Assembly (NCBI RefSeq): GCF_009914755.1
Contig: NC_060935.1
Origin: the human T2T-CHM13v2.0 reference genome, Homo sapiens
DNA length: 64,000 bases
Direction: 5' to 3' (one strand)
This document shows positions 41,501 through 56,500 of this stretch, in pieces (the stretch's first letter is position 1; each line of letters begins with the position of its first letter). The position numbers and the translations under genes were made by a program. Under the pieces are notes generated by a model. The model did no database searches and was not told the origin of the DNA. It saw nothing but the letters and a program-made list of their open reading frames with translations.

Positions 41501-44500
41501 CTAGAGTAATCACGGTTACCCAGTGGATAATAAGTATTGCCTCGTGGGTAACCACTGTTACCCTGTGGATAATAAGTATTGCCTCGTGAGTAACCACTGT
41601 TACCCGGTTTATAATAAGTGTTGCCTCTTGGGTAACCAGTATTACCCACTGGATAATCAGTGTTGCATCGTGGGTGACAATTCTTACCCTGTGGAAAATA
41701 AATGTTACCTCGTGTGTAACCACTGTTACCTGGTGGATAATACGTGTTGCCTCATGGGTAACCACTGTTGCCTGGTGGATAGTTAGTATTGCCTCGTGGG
41801 TCACCATTGTTAGCCCGTTGATACTAAGTATTGCCTCGTGGGTAACCACTGTTATCCGGTGGATAATAAGTGTTGCCTCTTGGGTAACCACTGTTACCTG
41901 GTGGATAATATGTATTTCCTCGTGGGAAACCACTGTTACCTGGTGGATGATAAATATTGCCTCATGGGTGAACACCATTACCTGCTGGATACTAAGTTTT
42001 GCCTGGTGGGTAACCACTGTTACCCGGTAGATAATAAGTATTGCCTCGTGGGTAACCACAGTTACCCAGTGGATAATAAGTCATGCCTCGTGAGTAACCA
42101 GTGTTACCCGGTGGATAAGTGTTGCCTCGCGGTTAACCACTCTTACACAGTGGATAATAAGTGTTGAGTTGCGGGTAACCACTGTTACTTGGTGGATAAT
42201 AATTGTTGCCTCGTGGGTAACCACAGTTGCCCGGTGGATAATAAGTGTTGCCTCTAGGGTAACCACTGTTACACGGTGGAGAATAAGTGTTGCCTCTTCA
42301 GTAACCACTATTACCCATTGGATAATAAGTATTGCCTTGCAGGTAACCACTGTTACCTGGTGGATAGTAAGTACTGCCTCGTGGGTAACCACAGTTACCC
42401 AATGGATAATAAGTATTGCCTCATGTCTAACCACTGTTACCCAGTGGATAATAAGTGTTGCCTCGTGAGTCACCGCTGCTACCTGGTGGATAAATGTTGC
42501 CTCAGGGAAACCACTGTTACCTGCTGGATAATAAGTGTTTCCTCGGGGGTAACCACTGTTACCCTGTGTCTAATAAGTGTTGCCTCGTGGGTAACCACTG
42601 TTACCCAATGGATAATAAGTATTGCCTCATGGGTAACCAGAGTTACCCTGTGGATAATAAGTATTGCCTCGTGGGTAACCATGGTTACCCGGTGGATAAT
42701 ACGTGTTGCCTCATGGGTAACAACTGTTGCCCTGTGTATAAAAGTTTTGCCTTGTGGGTAACCACTGTTACCCAGTATTTAATAAGTGTTGCATCATGGG
42801 TAACCAGTGTTACTTGCTGGATAATAAGTGTTGCCACGTGGGTAACAACTCTTACCATGTGGATAATAAGTGTTGCCTCATGGGTAACCACTGTTACCTG
42901 GTAGATAATAAGTGTTGCCTCGCAGGAAAGCACTGTTACTCAGAGGATAGTAAGTATTGCCTTGTGGGTAATCAATGTTACCTGGTAGATGATAAGTGTT
43001 GCCTCGTGGGTAAGCACTGTTACCCGGTGGATAATAATTGTTGCATCGTGTGTATCCACTGATACCCACTGGATAATAATTGTTGCCTCTAGGGTAACCA
43101 CTGTTACCTGGTGGATAATACTTGTTGCCTCGAGGGTAACCACTGTTACCCGGTGGATAATAAGCATTGCCTCCCAGGTAACCACTGTAACCAGGTGGAT
43201 AATAAGTACTGCCTCGTGGGTAACCACTGTTACCCAATGGATAATAAGTACTGCCTCATGGATAACCACGGTTACCCTGTGGAAAATAAGTGTTGCCTCG
43301 TGGGTAAGCACTGTTACCTGGTGGATAATAAGTGTTGCCTTGTGGGTAACCACTCTTACCCGGTGGATACCAAGTATTGCCTCGTGGGTAACCACTGTTA
43401 CCCAATGGATAAGTACTGCCTCGTGGGTAACCACTGTTACCCTGTGGAAAATAAGTGTTGCCTCGTGGGTAACCACTGTTGCCAGGTGGATAATAAGTGT
43501 TGCCTTGTGGGTAACCACTCTTACCTGGTGGATACTAAGTATTGCCTCGTGGGTAACCACTGTTATCCGGTGGATAATAAGTGTTGCCTCATGGGTAGCT
43601 ACTGTTACCCGGTGGATAATAAGTATTGCCTCGTGGGTAACCACTGTTACCTGGTGGATGATAAATATTGCCTCATGGGTAGCCACCATTACCCACCAGA
43701 TACTGAGTTTTGCTTCGTGGGTAACCACTCTTACCCAGTGGTTAATAAGTATTGCCTCATTGGTAACCACTGTTACCCGGTGGATAATAAGTATTGCCTC
43801 GTGGGTAACCACGGTTACCCTGTGTATAATAAGTAATGTCTCATTGGTAACCACCGTTACCCGGTGGATAATAAGTATTGCATCGCTGGTAACCACTGTT
43901 ACCCTGTGGATAATAAGTGTTGCCTCTCTGGTAACCACTGTTACCCAATGGATAATAAGTGTTGCCTCTAGGGTAACCATTGTTACCTGGTGGATAATAA
44001 GTACTGCTTCGTGGGTAACCACTGTTACCCAATGGATAATGAGTATTGCCTCCTGGGTAACCACTGTTACCATGTGGATAATAAGTGTTGCCTCGTGGGT
44101 AGGCATGCTTACCCGATGGATAATAAGTGTTGCCTCGTGGGTAACGACTATTACCCAGTGGATAATAAGTATTTCCTCATGGGTAACCACTGTTACCCGG
44201 TGGATAATAAGTATTGCCTCATGGATAACCACTGTTACCCGGTGGACAATAAGTATTGCCTTGCGGGTAACCACAGTTACCTGATGGATAATAAGCATTG
44301 CCTGGTGGATTACCATGGTAACCCGATGGATAATAACTATTGCCTCGCGGGTAACCACTCTTACCCAGTGGATAATAAGTGTTGCCTCCTGGGTAACTAC
44401 CATTAACCGGTGGATAATAAGTGTTGCCTCGTGGGTAACCACTGTTACACGGTGGATAATAGTTGTTGCCTCACAGGTAACCACTGTTACCTGGTAGATA

Positions 44501-47500
44501 ATACATGTTGCCTCGTGGGTAGGCACTTTTCCCCGGTGGATAATAAGTCTTGCCTCATGGGTAACCACTGTTAACTGGTGAATAATAAGTGTTGTCTTGT
44601 GGGTAACCCGTTACCCCGTGGATAATAAGTATTGCCTTGCAGCTAACCACTGTTACCTGGTGGATAATAAGTATTGCCACGTGGGTAGCCACTGTTACCC
44701 AGTCAATAATAAGTGTTGCCTCGTGGTTAACCACTGTTACCCTCTGGATAATAGGTGTTGCCTACCCGGTGGATAATAAGTGTTGCCTAGTGTGTAACCA
44801 CTGTTATCCGGTGAATAATAAGTATGGCCTCATGAGTAACCACTGTTACCCAGTTGATAATAAATATTGCCTCGTGGGTAACCACTGTTATCCAGGGAAT
44901 AATACCTATTGCCTCTCGGGTAACCACTGTTTCCCGGTGGATAATAAGTGTTGTTTCTAGGGTAACCACTGTTACCCAGTGGATAATAAGTGTTGCCTCA
45001 TGTGTAACCACTGTTACCCGGTGGATAATAAGTGTTGCCTCGTGGTTAACCACTGTTACCCGGTGGATAATAGGTATTGCCTCGTGGTTAACCACTGTTA
45101 CCCGGTGGATAATAAGTGTTGCCTCATGGGTAACCACTGTTAACCGGTGGATAATACATGTTGCCTCGTGGTTAACCACTGTTACCCGGTGGATAATACC
45201 TGTTTCCTCCTGGGTAACCACTGTTGCCCTTTGGATAATAAGTGTTGCCTTGTCGGTAACCACTGTTACCCAGTGGATAATAAGTATTGCCTCTAGGGTT
45301 ATCACTGTTACCCTGTGGATAATAAGTATTGCCTCTAGGGTAACCACTGTTCCCCGGGGGAAAATAAGCATTGTCTCATGGGTAATCAATGGTACCTGGT
45401 GGATAATAAGTATTGCCTCGTGGGTAACCACTGTTGCCTGGTTTGTAATAAGTGTTGCCTCGTGGGTAACCACTGTTACCCACTGGATAATAAATGTTGC
45501 CTCGTGGGTCACAACTCTTACTCTGTGGATTATAAGTGTTGCGTCATGGGTAACCACTGTTACCTGGTGGATAATAAGTGTTGCCTCGTGGGAAACCAGT
45601 GGATAGTTAGTATTGCCTCATGGGTCCTCACTGTTACCCGGAGGATAATAAGGACTGTCTCATGGGTAACCACTGCTACCCGCTGGATAATAAGTAGTAC
45701 TGCATGGGTAACCACTGTTATCCAGTCAATAATAGGTATTGCTTCTAGGGTAACCACTGTTACCCTGTCGATAATAAGTGTTGCCTCATGGGTAATCACT
45801 GTTACCCAGTGGATAATAAGTATTGCCTCATGGGTAACCACTGTTACCCGGTGGATAATAAGTGTTGCCTCGTGGGTAACCACTGTTTCCCAGTGGATAA
45901 TAAGTATTGCCTCTAGGGTAATCACTGTTACCCAGTGGATAATAAGTATTGCCTCGTGGGTAACCACTGTTACCCTGTGGATAATAAGTATTGCCTCATG
46001 AGTAACCACTGTTACCCGGTTTATAATAAGTGTTGCCTCTTGGGTAACCAGTATTACCTGCTGGATAATAAGTGTTGTGTCGTGGGTCACAATTCTTACC
46101 CTGTGGAAAATAAGTGTTACCTCGTGTGTAGCCACTGTTACCTGGTGGATAATACGTGTTGCCTCGTGGGTAACCACTGTTACCCGGTGGATAGTTAGTA
46201 TTGCCTTGTGGGTCACCATTGTTAGCCAGTTGATACTAAGTATTGCCTCATGGGTAACCACTGTTACCCGGTGGATAATAAGTGTTGCCGCTTGGGTAAC
46301 CACTGTTACCCGGTGGATAATATATATTTCCTCATGGGAAACCACTGTTACCTGGTGTATGAGAAATATTGCCTCATGGGTAAACACCATTACCTGCTGG
46401 ATACTAAATTTTGCCCGGTGGGTAACCACTGTTACCTGGTAGATAATAAGTATTGCCTCGTGGGTAACCACAGTTACCCAGTGGATAATAAGTCATGCCT
46501 CATGGGTAACCACTGTTACCTGGTGGATAAGAAGTGTTGCCTCGTGGGTAACCACTCTTACATGGTGGATAATAAGTGTTGAGTCACGGGTAACCACTGT
46601 TACCTGGTGGATAATAATTGTTGCCTCGTGGGTAACCACAGTTGCCCAGTGGATAATAAGTGTTGCCTCTAAGGTAACCACTGTTACACGGTGGAGAATA
46701 AGTGTTGCCTCTATGGTAACCACTGTTACACGGTGGAGAATAAGTGTTGCCTCTTCAGTAACCACTATTACCCGTTGGATAATAAGTATTGCCTCGCAGG
46801 TAACCACTGTTACCTGGTGGATAGTAAGTACTGCCTCGTGGGTAACCACAGTTACCCGATGGACAATAAGTATTGCCTCATGTCTAACCACTGTTACCCA
46901 GTGGATAATAAGTGTTGCCTCGTGGGTCACCACTGCTACCTGATGGATAAGTGTTGCCTCATGGGAAACCACTGTTACCTGCTGGATAATAAGTGTTTCC
47001 TCGGGGGTAACCACTGTTACCCTGTGTCTAATAAGTGTTGCCTCGTGGGTAACCACTGTTACCCAATGGATAATAAGTATTGCCTCACGGGTAACCAGAG
47101 TTACCCTGTGGATAATAAGTATTGCCTCGTGGGTAACCACGGTTACCCAGTGGATAATACGTGTTGTCTCATGGGTAACAACTGTTGCCCTGTGTATAAT
47201 GTGTTGCCTCGTGGGTAACCACTGTTACCCAGTATTTAATAAGTGTTGCCTCGTGGGTAACCACTGTTACCTGGTGGATAATAAGTGTTGCCTCGTGGGA
47301 AAGCACTGTTACCCAGAGGATAGTAAGTATTGCCTTGTGGGTAATCAATGTTACCCCGTGGATAATAAGTGTTGCCTCACGGGTAAGCACTGTTACCCGG
47401 TGGATAATAATTGTTGCATCGCATGTATCCACTGTTACCTGCTGGATAATAATTGTTGCCTTGCGAGTAACCACTGTTACCCAATGGATAATTAGTGTTG

Positions 47501-50500
47501 CCTCTAGGGTAACCACTGTTACCTGGTGGATAATACTTGTTGCCTTGAGGGTAACCACTGTTACCCGGTGGATAATAAGCATTGCCTCCCAGGTAACCAC
47601 TGTAACCAGGTGGATAATAAGTACTGCCTCATAGATAACGACTGTTACCCGATGGATAATTAGTGTTGCCTCTAGGGTAACCACTGTTACCTGGTGGATA
47701 ATACTTGTTGCCTCGAGGGTAACCACTGTTACCCGGTGGATAATAAGCATTGCCTCACAGGTAACCACTGTTACTAGGTGGATAATAAGTACTGCCTCAT
47801 GGGTAACCACTGTTACCCGATGGATAATAAGTACTGCCTCGTGGATAACCACGGTTACCCTGTGGAAAATAAGTGTTGCCTCGTGGGTGGGTAAGCACTG
47901 TTACCTGGTGGATAATAAGTGTTGCCTCTTGTGTAACCACTGTTACCTGCTGCATAATAAGTATTGCCTCGTGGGTAACCACTATTACCCAGTGGATAAT
48001 AAGTATTGCTTCGTGGGTAATCACTGTTACCTGCTGCACAATAAGTGTTGCCTATTGGGTAACCACTGTTACCTGGTGGATAATAAGTATTGCCTCATGG
48101 GTAACCACTGTTACACACTGGATAACAAGTGTTGCCTTTGGTAACCACAGTTACCCAGTGGATGATAAGTGTTGCCTCGTGGGGAGCCACTGTTACCCAG
48201 CAGGTAATAAGTGTTGTCTCATGGGGAACCACTGTTACCCGGTGGATAATAAGTGTTGCCTGGTGGGTAACCACAGTTAGCCGGTGGATAATACGTCTTG
48301 CCTCATAAGTAACCACTGTTACCCTGTGGATAATACGTATTGCCTAATAGGTAACCACTTTTGCCCTGTGGATAATAAGTGTTGCCTCGTGGGTAACCAC
48401 TGTTACCCAGTGGATAATAAGTATTGCCTCTAGGGTAATCACTGTTTACCGGTGGATAATAAGTATTGCCTCTAGGGTTACCACTGTTACCCAGTGGAAA
48501 ATAAGTATTGTCTCGTGGGTAACCACTGTTACCCGGTGAATAATAAGTGTCGCCTCATGCATAACCACTGATACCTGGTTTATAATAAGTGTTGCCTCGT
48601 GGGTAACCAGTGTTACCTGCTGGATAATAAGTGCTGCCTCATGGGTACCAACTCTTACCCTGTAATAAGAGGGATATTATCCACCATGTAATGTTAATGG
48701 ATAATAAGTGTTGCCTCGTGGGTAACCACTGTTACCCTGTGGATAGTAAGTATTGCTTCGTGGGTAAGCCCTGTTACCCGGTGGATAGTAAGTATTGCCT
48801 CGTAGGTAACCACGGTTACCTGATGGATAATAAGTGTTGCCTCTAGGGTAACCACTGTTACCTGGTGGATAATAAGTGTAGCCTCTAGGGTAACCACTGT
48901 TACCCAGTGGATAATAAGTATTGCCTCGTGGGTAACCACTGTTACCCGCTGGATGACAAGTGTTGCCTTTGGTAAGCACAGTTACCCGGTGGATAATAAA
49001 TGTTGCCTCATGGGGAACCAGTGTTACCCAGTGGATACTAAATGTTACCTTGTGGGTAACTACTGTTACCCGGTGGATAGTAAGCGTTGCCTCGTGGGTA
49101 ACCACTGTTACCTGGTGGATTATAAGTATTGCCTTGTGGGTATCCACTGTTACCCACTGGATAAGTGTTGCCTCGTGGGTAACCACTGTTACCTGGTGGA
49201 TAATAAGTGTTGCCTCCTGCGTAACCAGTGTTACCCAGTGGATAATAAGTGTTCCTCATGGGTAACCATTGTTACCTGGTGGATGATAAGTGTTGCCTCG
49301 TGGGTAACCACTGTTATCTGGTGGATAACAAGTGTTGCCTTATGGGTTACCACTGTTTCCCAGTGTATAATAGGTATTGCCTCTAGGGTAATCACTGTTA
49401 CCCAGTGGATAATGAGTATTGCCTCTTGGGTTACCACTGTTACCTGGTGGATAAGTATTGCCTCGTGAGTAACCACTGTTACCCGGTTTATAATAAGTGT
49501 TTCCTCGTGGGTAACCAGTGTTACCCACTGGATAATAAGTGTTGCCTTGTGGGTAACAATTCTTACCCTGTGGAAAATAAGTGTTGCTTCATGGGTAACC
49601 ACTGTTAACAGGTGCATAATTAGTGTTACCTTGTGTGTAACCACTCTTACCAGGTGGATAGTAAGTATTCCTTCGTTGGTAACCACTGTTAGCCGGTGGA
49701 TACTAAGTATCGCCTCTTGGGTAACCACTGTTACCCAGTGGATTATAAGTATTTCCTTGTGGGTATCCACTGTTACCTGGTGGATGATAAATATTGCCTT
49801 GTGGGTAACCACCATTACCCGCCGGATACTAAGTTTTGCCTCGTGGATAACCACTGTTACCCGGTGGATAATAAGTATTGCCTCGGTAACCACAGTTACC
49901 CTATGGAGAATAAGTAATGCCTCATGGGTAACCACTGTTACCCAGTGGATAATAAGTATTGCTTCGTGGGTAACCACTGTTACCTGGTGGATAATACATG
50001 TTGCCTCACAGGTAACCACTGTTACCCGGTGGATAATAAGTGTTGCTTCGTGGGTAACCACCTTTACCTGGTGAATAATATTTGCTGCCTCATGGGTAAC
50101 CACTGGTACCTGGTGGATAATAAGTGTTGCCTCTAGGGTAACCACTGTTACCCGATGGATAATAAGTGTTGCCTCTAGGGTAACCACTGTTATCCATTGG
50201 ATAATAAGTATTGCCTCACGGGTAACCGCTGTTACTCAGTGGATAATAAGTACTGCCTCATGGGTAACCACTGTTACCCAATGGATAATAAGTATTGCAT
50301 CCTGGGTAACCACTGTTACCCTGTGGATAATAAGAGATGCCTCGTGTGTAAGCACTGTGACCTGGTCAATAATAAGTGTTGCCTCGTGGGTAACCACTGT
50401 TACCTGGTGGATAATATGTATCGACTTATGGGTAACCACTGTTACCCATTGGATAATAAGTATTCTCTCGTGGAAAAGCACTGTGACCCAGTGGATAATA

Positions 50501-53500
50501 AGTATTGCCTCGTGGGTAACCACTCTTACCCGGTGGATAATAAGTATTGCCTCATGGGTAAACACTGTTACCTGCTGCATAATAAGTAATGCATCATGGG
50601 TAACCACTGTTATCCGGTGGATAATAAGTATTGCCTCGTGGGTAACCATGGTTACCCTGTGTATGATAAGTAATGTCTCATGAGTAACTGCTGTTACCTG
50701 GTGGATAATAAGTATTGCCTCACTGGTAACCACTGTTACCCAGAGGACAATAAATGTTGCCTCGTGGGTAGCCACTGTAAGCCCCTGGATAATAAGTGTT
50801 GTCTCACGTGTAACCACTGTTACCTGATGGATAAGTGTTGCCTCACGTGTAACCACTGTTACCCAGTGGAAAATAATTGTTGCCTCGTGGGTAACCGGTG
50901 TTACCTGGTGAATAATAAGTGTTGCCTCTAGTGTAACCACTGTTACCCAATGGATAATAAGTGTTGCCTCGAGGGTAACCACTGTTAACCGGTGGATAAT
51001 ATGTATTGTCTGGTGGGTAACCATTGTTACCCAGTGGATAAAAATTATTGCCTCATGGGTAATCACTGTTACCCAGTGGATAATGAGTATTGCCTCATGG
51101 GTAACCACAGTTACCCACTGGATAATAAATGTTGCCTATTGGGTAACCACTGTTACCCGTTGGATAATACGTGTTGCCTCGTCTGAAACCACTGTTACCC
51201 AGTGTATAATAAGTGTTGCCTCCTGGGTAACCACGGTTAACCGGTGGATAATAAGTGTTGCCTCTTGGCTTACCACTGTTACACAGTGGATAATAAGTGT
51301 TGCCTCGTTGGTAACCACTGTTACCCAGTAGATAATAAATATTGCCTCATGGGTAATGACTGTTACCCGCTGGATACTAGGTATTGTCTCGTGGGTAACC
51401 ACTGTTACCTGGTGGATAATAAGTGTTGCCTTGTGGGTATCCACTCTTACCCGGTTTATTATTAGTGTTTCCTTGTGGGTAACCACTGTTACCTGGTGGA
51501 TAATAAGTATTTCCTCGTGGGTAACCTCTGTTACCCAGTGTAGTAAGTATTGCCTCTTGGGTAACAACTGTTAATGCATGGATAATAAGTGTTGCCTCGT
51601 GGGTAACCACTGTTACCCTGTGGATAATAAGTGACGTTTTGTGGGTAACCATTGTTACCCAGTGGATAATAAGTGTTGTCTTGTTGGTAACCACTGTTAC
51701 GCATTGGATAATAAATATTTCCTCGTGGGTAACCACTGTTACCTGGTGGATGATAAATATTGCCTCGTGGATAACCACCATTACCCACCAGATACTAAGT
51801 TTTGCCTCATGGGTAACCACTCTTACCTGGTGGATAATAAGTATTACGTCATTGGTAACCACTGTTACCCGGTAGATAATAAGTATTGCCTCGTGGGTAA
51901 CCACTGTTACCGGGTGGATAATAAGTATTGCCTCGTGGATAACCACTGTTATCTGCTGGATATCAAATGTTGCCTCGTGGGTAACCACTGTTAACCGGTG
52001 GATAATACGTGTTGCCTCGTGGATAACCACTGTTACCCAGTGGAAAATAATAGTTGCCTCACGGGTAACCGGTGTTACCCGGTGCATAATAAGTGTTGCC
52101 TTTAGGGTAACCACTGTTACCCAATGGATAATAAGTGTTGCCTCTAGGGTAACCACTGTTACCCGGTGGATAATAAGTACTGCCTCGTGGGTAACCACTG
52201 TTACCCAATGCGTAATAAGTATTGCCTCCTTGGTAACCACTGTTACCATGTGGATAATAAGTGTTGCCTTGTGGGTAAGCACGGTTACCCGATGGATAAT
52301 AAGTGTTGCCTCATGGGAAACCAGTGTTACCCAGTTGATAATAAGTATTTCCTCATGGGTAACCACTCTTACCTGGCGGATAATAAGTATTGCCTCATGG
52401 GTAACCACTGTAATCTGCTGCATAATAAGTATTGCCTCGTGGGAAACCACTGTTATCCAGTTTGTAATAAGTGTTGCCTCGTGGGTAACCAGTGTTACCC
52501 GCTGGATAATAAGTGTTGCCTCGTGGGTAACAACTCTTACCCTGTGGATAATAAGTGTTGCCTCATGGGTAACCACTGTGACCCGGTGGATATTAAGTGT
52601 CGCCTCGTGGGAAACCAGTGTTACCCGGTGGATAGTAAGTATTGCCTCGTGGGTAACCATTGGTACCCGGTGGATACTAAGTATTGCCTCATTGGTCACC
52701 ACTGTTACCCGGAGGATAATAAGGATTGTCTTATGGGTAACCACTGCTACCCACTGGATAATAAGTATTACCGCATGGGTAACCACTGTTATCTGTTGGA
52801 TAATAGGTATTGCTTCTAGGGTAACCACTGTTACCTGGTCAATAATAAGTGTTGCCTCATGGGTAGTCACTGTTACCCAGTGGATAATAAGTATTGCCTC
52901 ATGGGTAACCACTGTTACCTGGTGGATAGTAAGTATTGCCTCATGGGTAACCACTGTTATCCTGTGGATAATAAGTGTTGCCTCGTAGGTAACCACTGTT
53001 TCCCAGTGGATAATAAGTATTGCCTCTAGGGTGATCACTGTTACCCAGTGGATAATAAGTATTGCCTCGTGGGTAACAACTGTTACCCTGTGGATAATAA
53101 GTATTGCCTTGTGAGTAACCACTGTTCCCTGGTTTATAATAAGTGTTGCCTCTTGCGTAACCAGTATTACCCACTTGATAATAAGTGCTGTGTCGTGGGT
53201 AACAATTCTTACCCTGTGGAAAATAAGTGTTATCTCGTGCGTAGCCACTGTTATCTGGTGGATAAAAAGTGTTGCCTCGTGGGAAACCAGTGTTACCCAG
53301 TGGATAGTAAGTATTGCCTCGTGGGCAACCATTGGTACCCGGTGGATCCTAAGTATTGCCTCATGGGTCACCACTGTTACCCGGAGGATAATAAGGACTG
53401 TCTCATGGGTAATCACTGCTACCCACTGGATAATAAGTAGTACCGCATGGGTAAACACTGTTATCTGGTGGATAATAGGTATTGCTTCTAGGGTAACCAC

Positions 53501-56500
53501 TGTTACCCAGTTGATAATAAGTGTGGCCTCATGGGTAACCACTGTTACCTGGTGGATAATAAGTATTGCATCATTGGTAACCACTGTTGCACTGTGGATA
53601 ATAAGTGTTGCCTCGTGGGTAACCACTGTTACCCAGTGGGTAATAAGTATTGCCTCTAGGGTTATCACTGTTACCCTGTGGATAATAAGTATTGCCTCTA
53701 GGGTAACCACTCTTACCCGGTAGAATATAAGTAATGCCTCTTGAGTAATCAATGGTACCTGGTGGATAATAAGTATTGCCTCATGGGTAACCACTGTTCC
53801 CCGCTGGATAATAAGTGTTGCCTTGTGTGTAACCACTGTTACCCGGTAGATAATAAGTGTTGCCACCTGGGTAACCACTGTTACCCAGTGGAGGATAAGT
53901 GTTGCCTCGTGGGTAACCACTGTTACCCGGTGGAGAATAAGTGTTGCCTCGTGGGTAACCACTGTTACCCAGTGGAGGATAAGTGTTGCCTCGTGGGTAA
54001 CCACTGTTACCCGGTGGAGGATAAGTGTTGCCTTGTGGGTAACCACTGTTACCTGGTGGATAATGTGTTGCCTCGTGGGTAACCAGTGCTTCCCAGTGGA
54101 AAATGTGTTGCCTCGTGGGTAACCACTGTTACCCTGTGGATAATAAGTGTTGCCTTGTGGGTAACCACTGTTTCCCAGTGGATAATAAGTATTGCCTCTT
54201 GAGTAATCACTGTTACCCTGTGGTTAATAAGTATTGCCTCTTGGGTAACCACTGTTACCAGGTGGATAATAAGTAATGCCTCGTGAGTAACCACTGTTAC
54301 CCAGTTTATAATAAGTGTTGCCTCGTTGGTAACCAGTGTTACCCGCTGGATAACAAGTGTTGCCTCGTGGGTAAGAATTCTTATCCTGTGGAAAATAAGT
54401 GTTACCTCATGGGTAACCACTGTTACCCGGTGGATAATAAGTGTTGCCTCGTGAGTAACCACTGTTACCTGGTGGATAGTTAGTATTGCCTCGTGGGTAA
54501 CCATTGTTACCCAATGGATACTCACTACTGCCTCGTGGGTAACCACTGTTACCTGGTGTATAATAAGTGTTGCCTCTTGGGTAACCACTGTTACCCAGTG
54601 GATAATACGTATTTCCTCATGGGAAACCACTGTTAACTGGTAGATGATAAATATTGCCTCATGGGTAACCACCATTACCCGCTGGATACTAACTTTTGCC
54701 TGATGGGTAACCACTGTTATCCGTTGGATAATAATTATTGCCTCGTGGGTAACTACGGTTACCCGGTGGATAATAAGTAATGCCTCGTGGGTAACCACTG
54801 TTACCTGGTGGATAATAAATATTGCCTCACTGGTAACCACTGTTACCGGTGGAAAATAAGTGTTGCCTCGTGGGTAACCACTGTTACCCATTGGATAATA
54901 AGTGTTGAGTCATGGGTAACCACTGTTACCCAGTGGGTATTAATTGTTGCCTCTAGGGTAACCACTGTTGCCCGGTGGATAATAAGTGTTGCCTCTAGGG
55001 TAACCACTTTAAGGCGGTAGATAATAAGTGTTGCCTCTAGGGTAACCACTGTTACGCGGTGGATAATAAGTGTTGCCTCTAGGGTAACCACTGTTACGCG
55101 GTGGATAATAAGTGTTGCCTCTAGAGTAACCCAGTGGATTACCCAGTGGAGAATAAATATTGTCTCCCAGGTAACCACTGTACCTGGTGGATAATAAGTA
55201 CTGCCTCTTGGGTAACCACAGTTACCCGATGTATAATAAGTATTGCCTCGTGTCTAACCACTGTTACCTGGTGGATAATAAGTGTTGCCTCAGGGGAACC
55301 ACTGTTACCCTGTGTCTAATAAGTGTTGCCTTGTGGGTAACCACTGTTACCCGATGGATAATAAGTATTGCCTCACGGGTAACCACAGTTACCCTGTGGA
55401 CAATAAGCATTGCCTTGTGGGTAACCACATTTACCTGTTGGATAATAAGTGTTCCCTCATGGGTAACCACTGTTGCCCTCTGGATAATAGGTGTTGTCTC
55501 GTGGTTGACCACTGTTACGCAGTGCACAATAAGTGTTGCCTCGTTGGTAACCACTATTACCCCGTGGATAATAAGTATTGGCACATGGGAAACCACTGTT
55601 ACCCTGTGGATAATAAGTATTGTTTCATGGGTAAACACTGTTACCCAGTGGATAATTAGTGTTGCCTCGTGGGTAACCACTGTTACCTGGTGGATAATAA
55701 GTGTTGCCTCATGGGTAACCACAGTTACCCGGTGGATAATACGTGTTGCCTCATGGGTAACCACTGTTATCCGGTGGATAACAAGTATTGCTTTGTGGGT
55801 ATCCACTGTTACCCGCTGGATAATAAGTGTTGCCTCGTTAGTAAATACTGTTATCTGCTGCATAATATCTGTTATCTCGTGGGTAACCACAGTTACCCTG
55901 TGGATAATAAGTATTGCCTCTAAGGTAATCACTGTTACCCAGTGGATAAGTATTGCCTCATGGGTAACCTCTATTACTCATTGGAAAATAAGTATTGCCT
56001 CGTGTGTAACCACTGTTAAACAGTGGATAATAAGTATTACCTCTAGGGTAACCACTGTTACCTGTTGGATAATAAATGTTTCCTCTAGGGTAACCACTGT
56101 GACCCAGTGGATAATAAGTATTGCCTTGTGGGTTACCACTGTTACCCTGTGGATAATAAGTGATGCCTCATTGGTAACCACTGTTACTCAGTGGATCATA
56201 ATGATTGCCCTGTGGGTAACCACGGTTAACTGCTAGATAATAGGTATTGCCTCATGGGTAACCACTGTTACCCACTGGATAATAATTATTGCCTCGTGGG
56301 TAACCACTGTTACCCGCTGGAAAATAAATATTGCCTCATGGGTAAACACTGTTACCTGCTGGATAATAAGTATTGATTTGTGGGTAACCAGTTACCTGGT
56401 GGATAAGTATTGCCTCATGGGTAACACCTGTTACCCTGTGGATAATAAGTATGGCCTCATGGGTAACCACTGTTAACCGGTGGATAATAAGTACTGGCTC

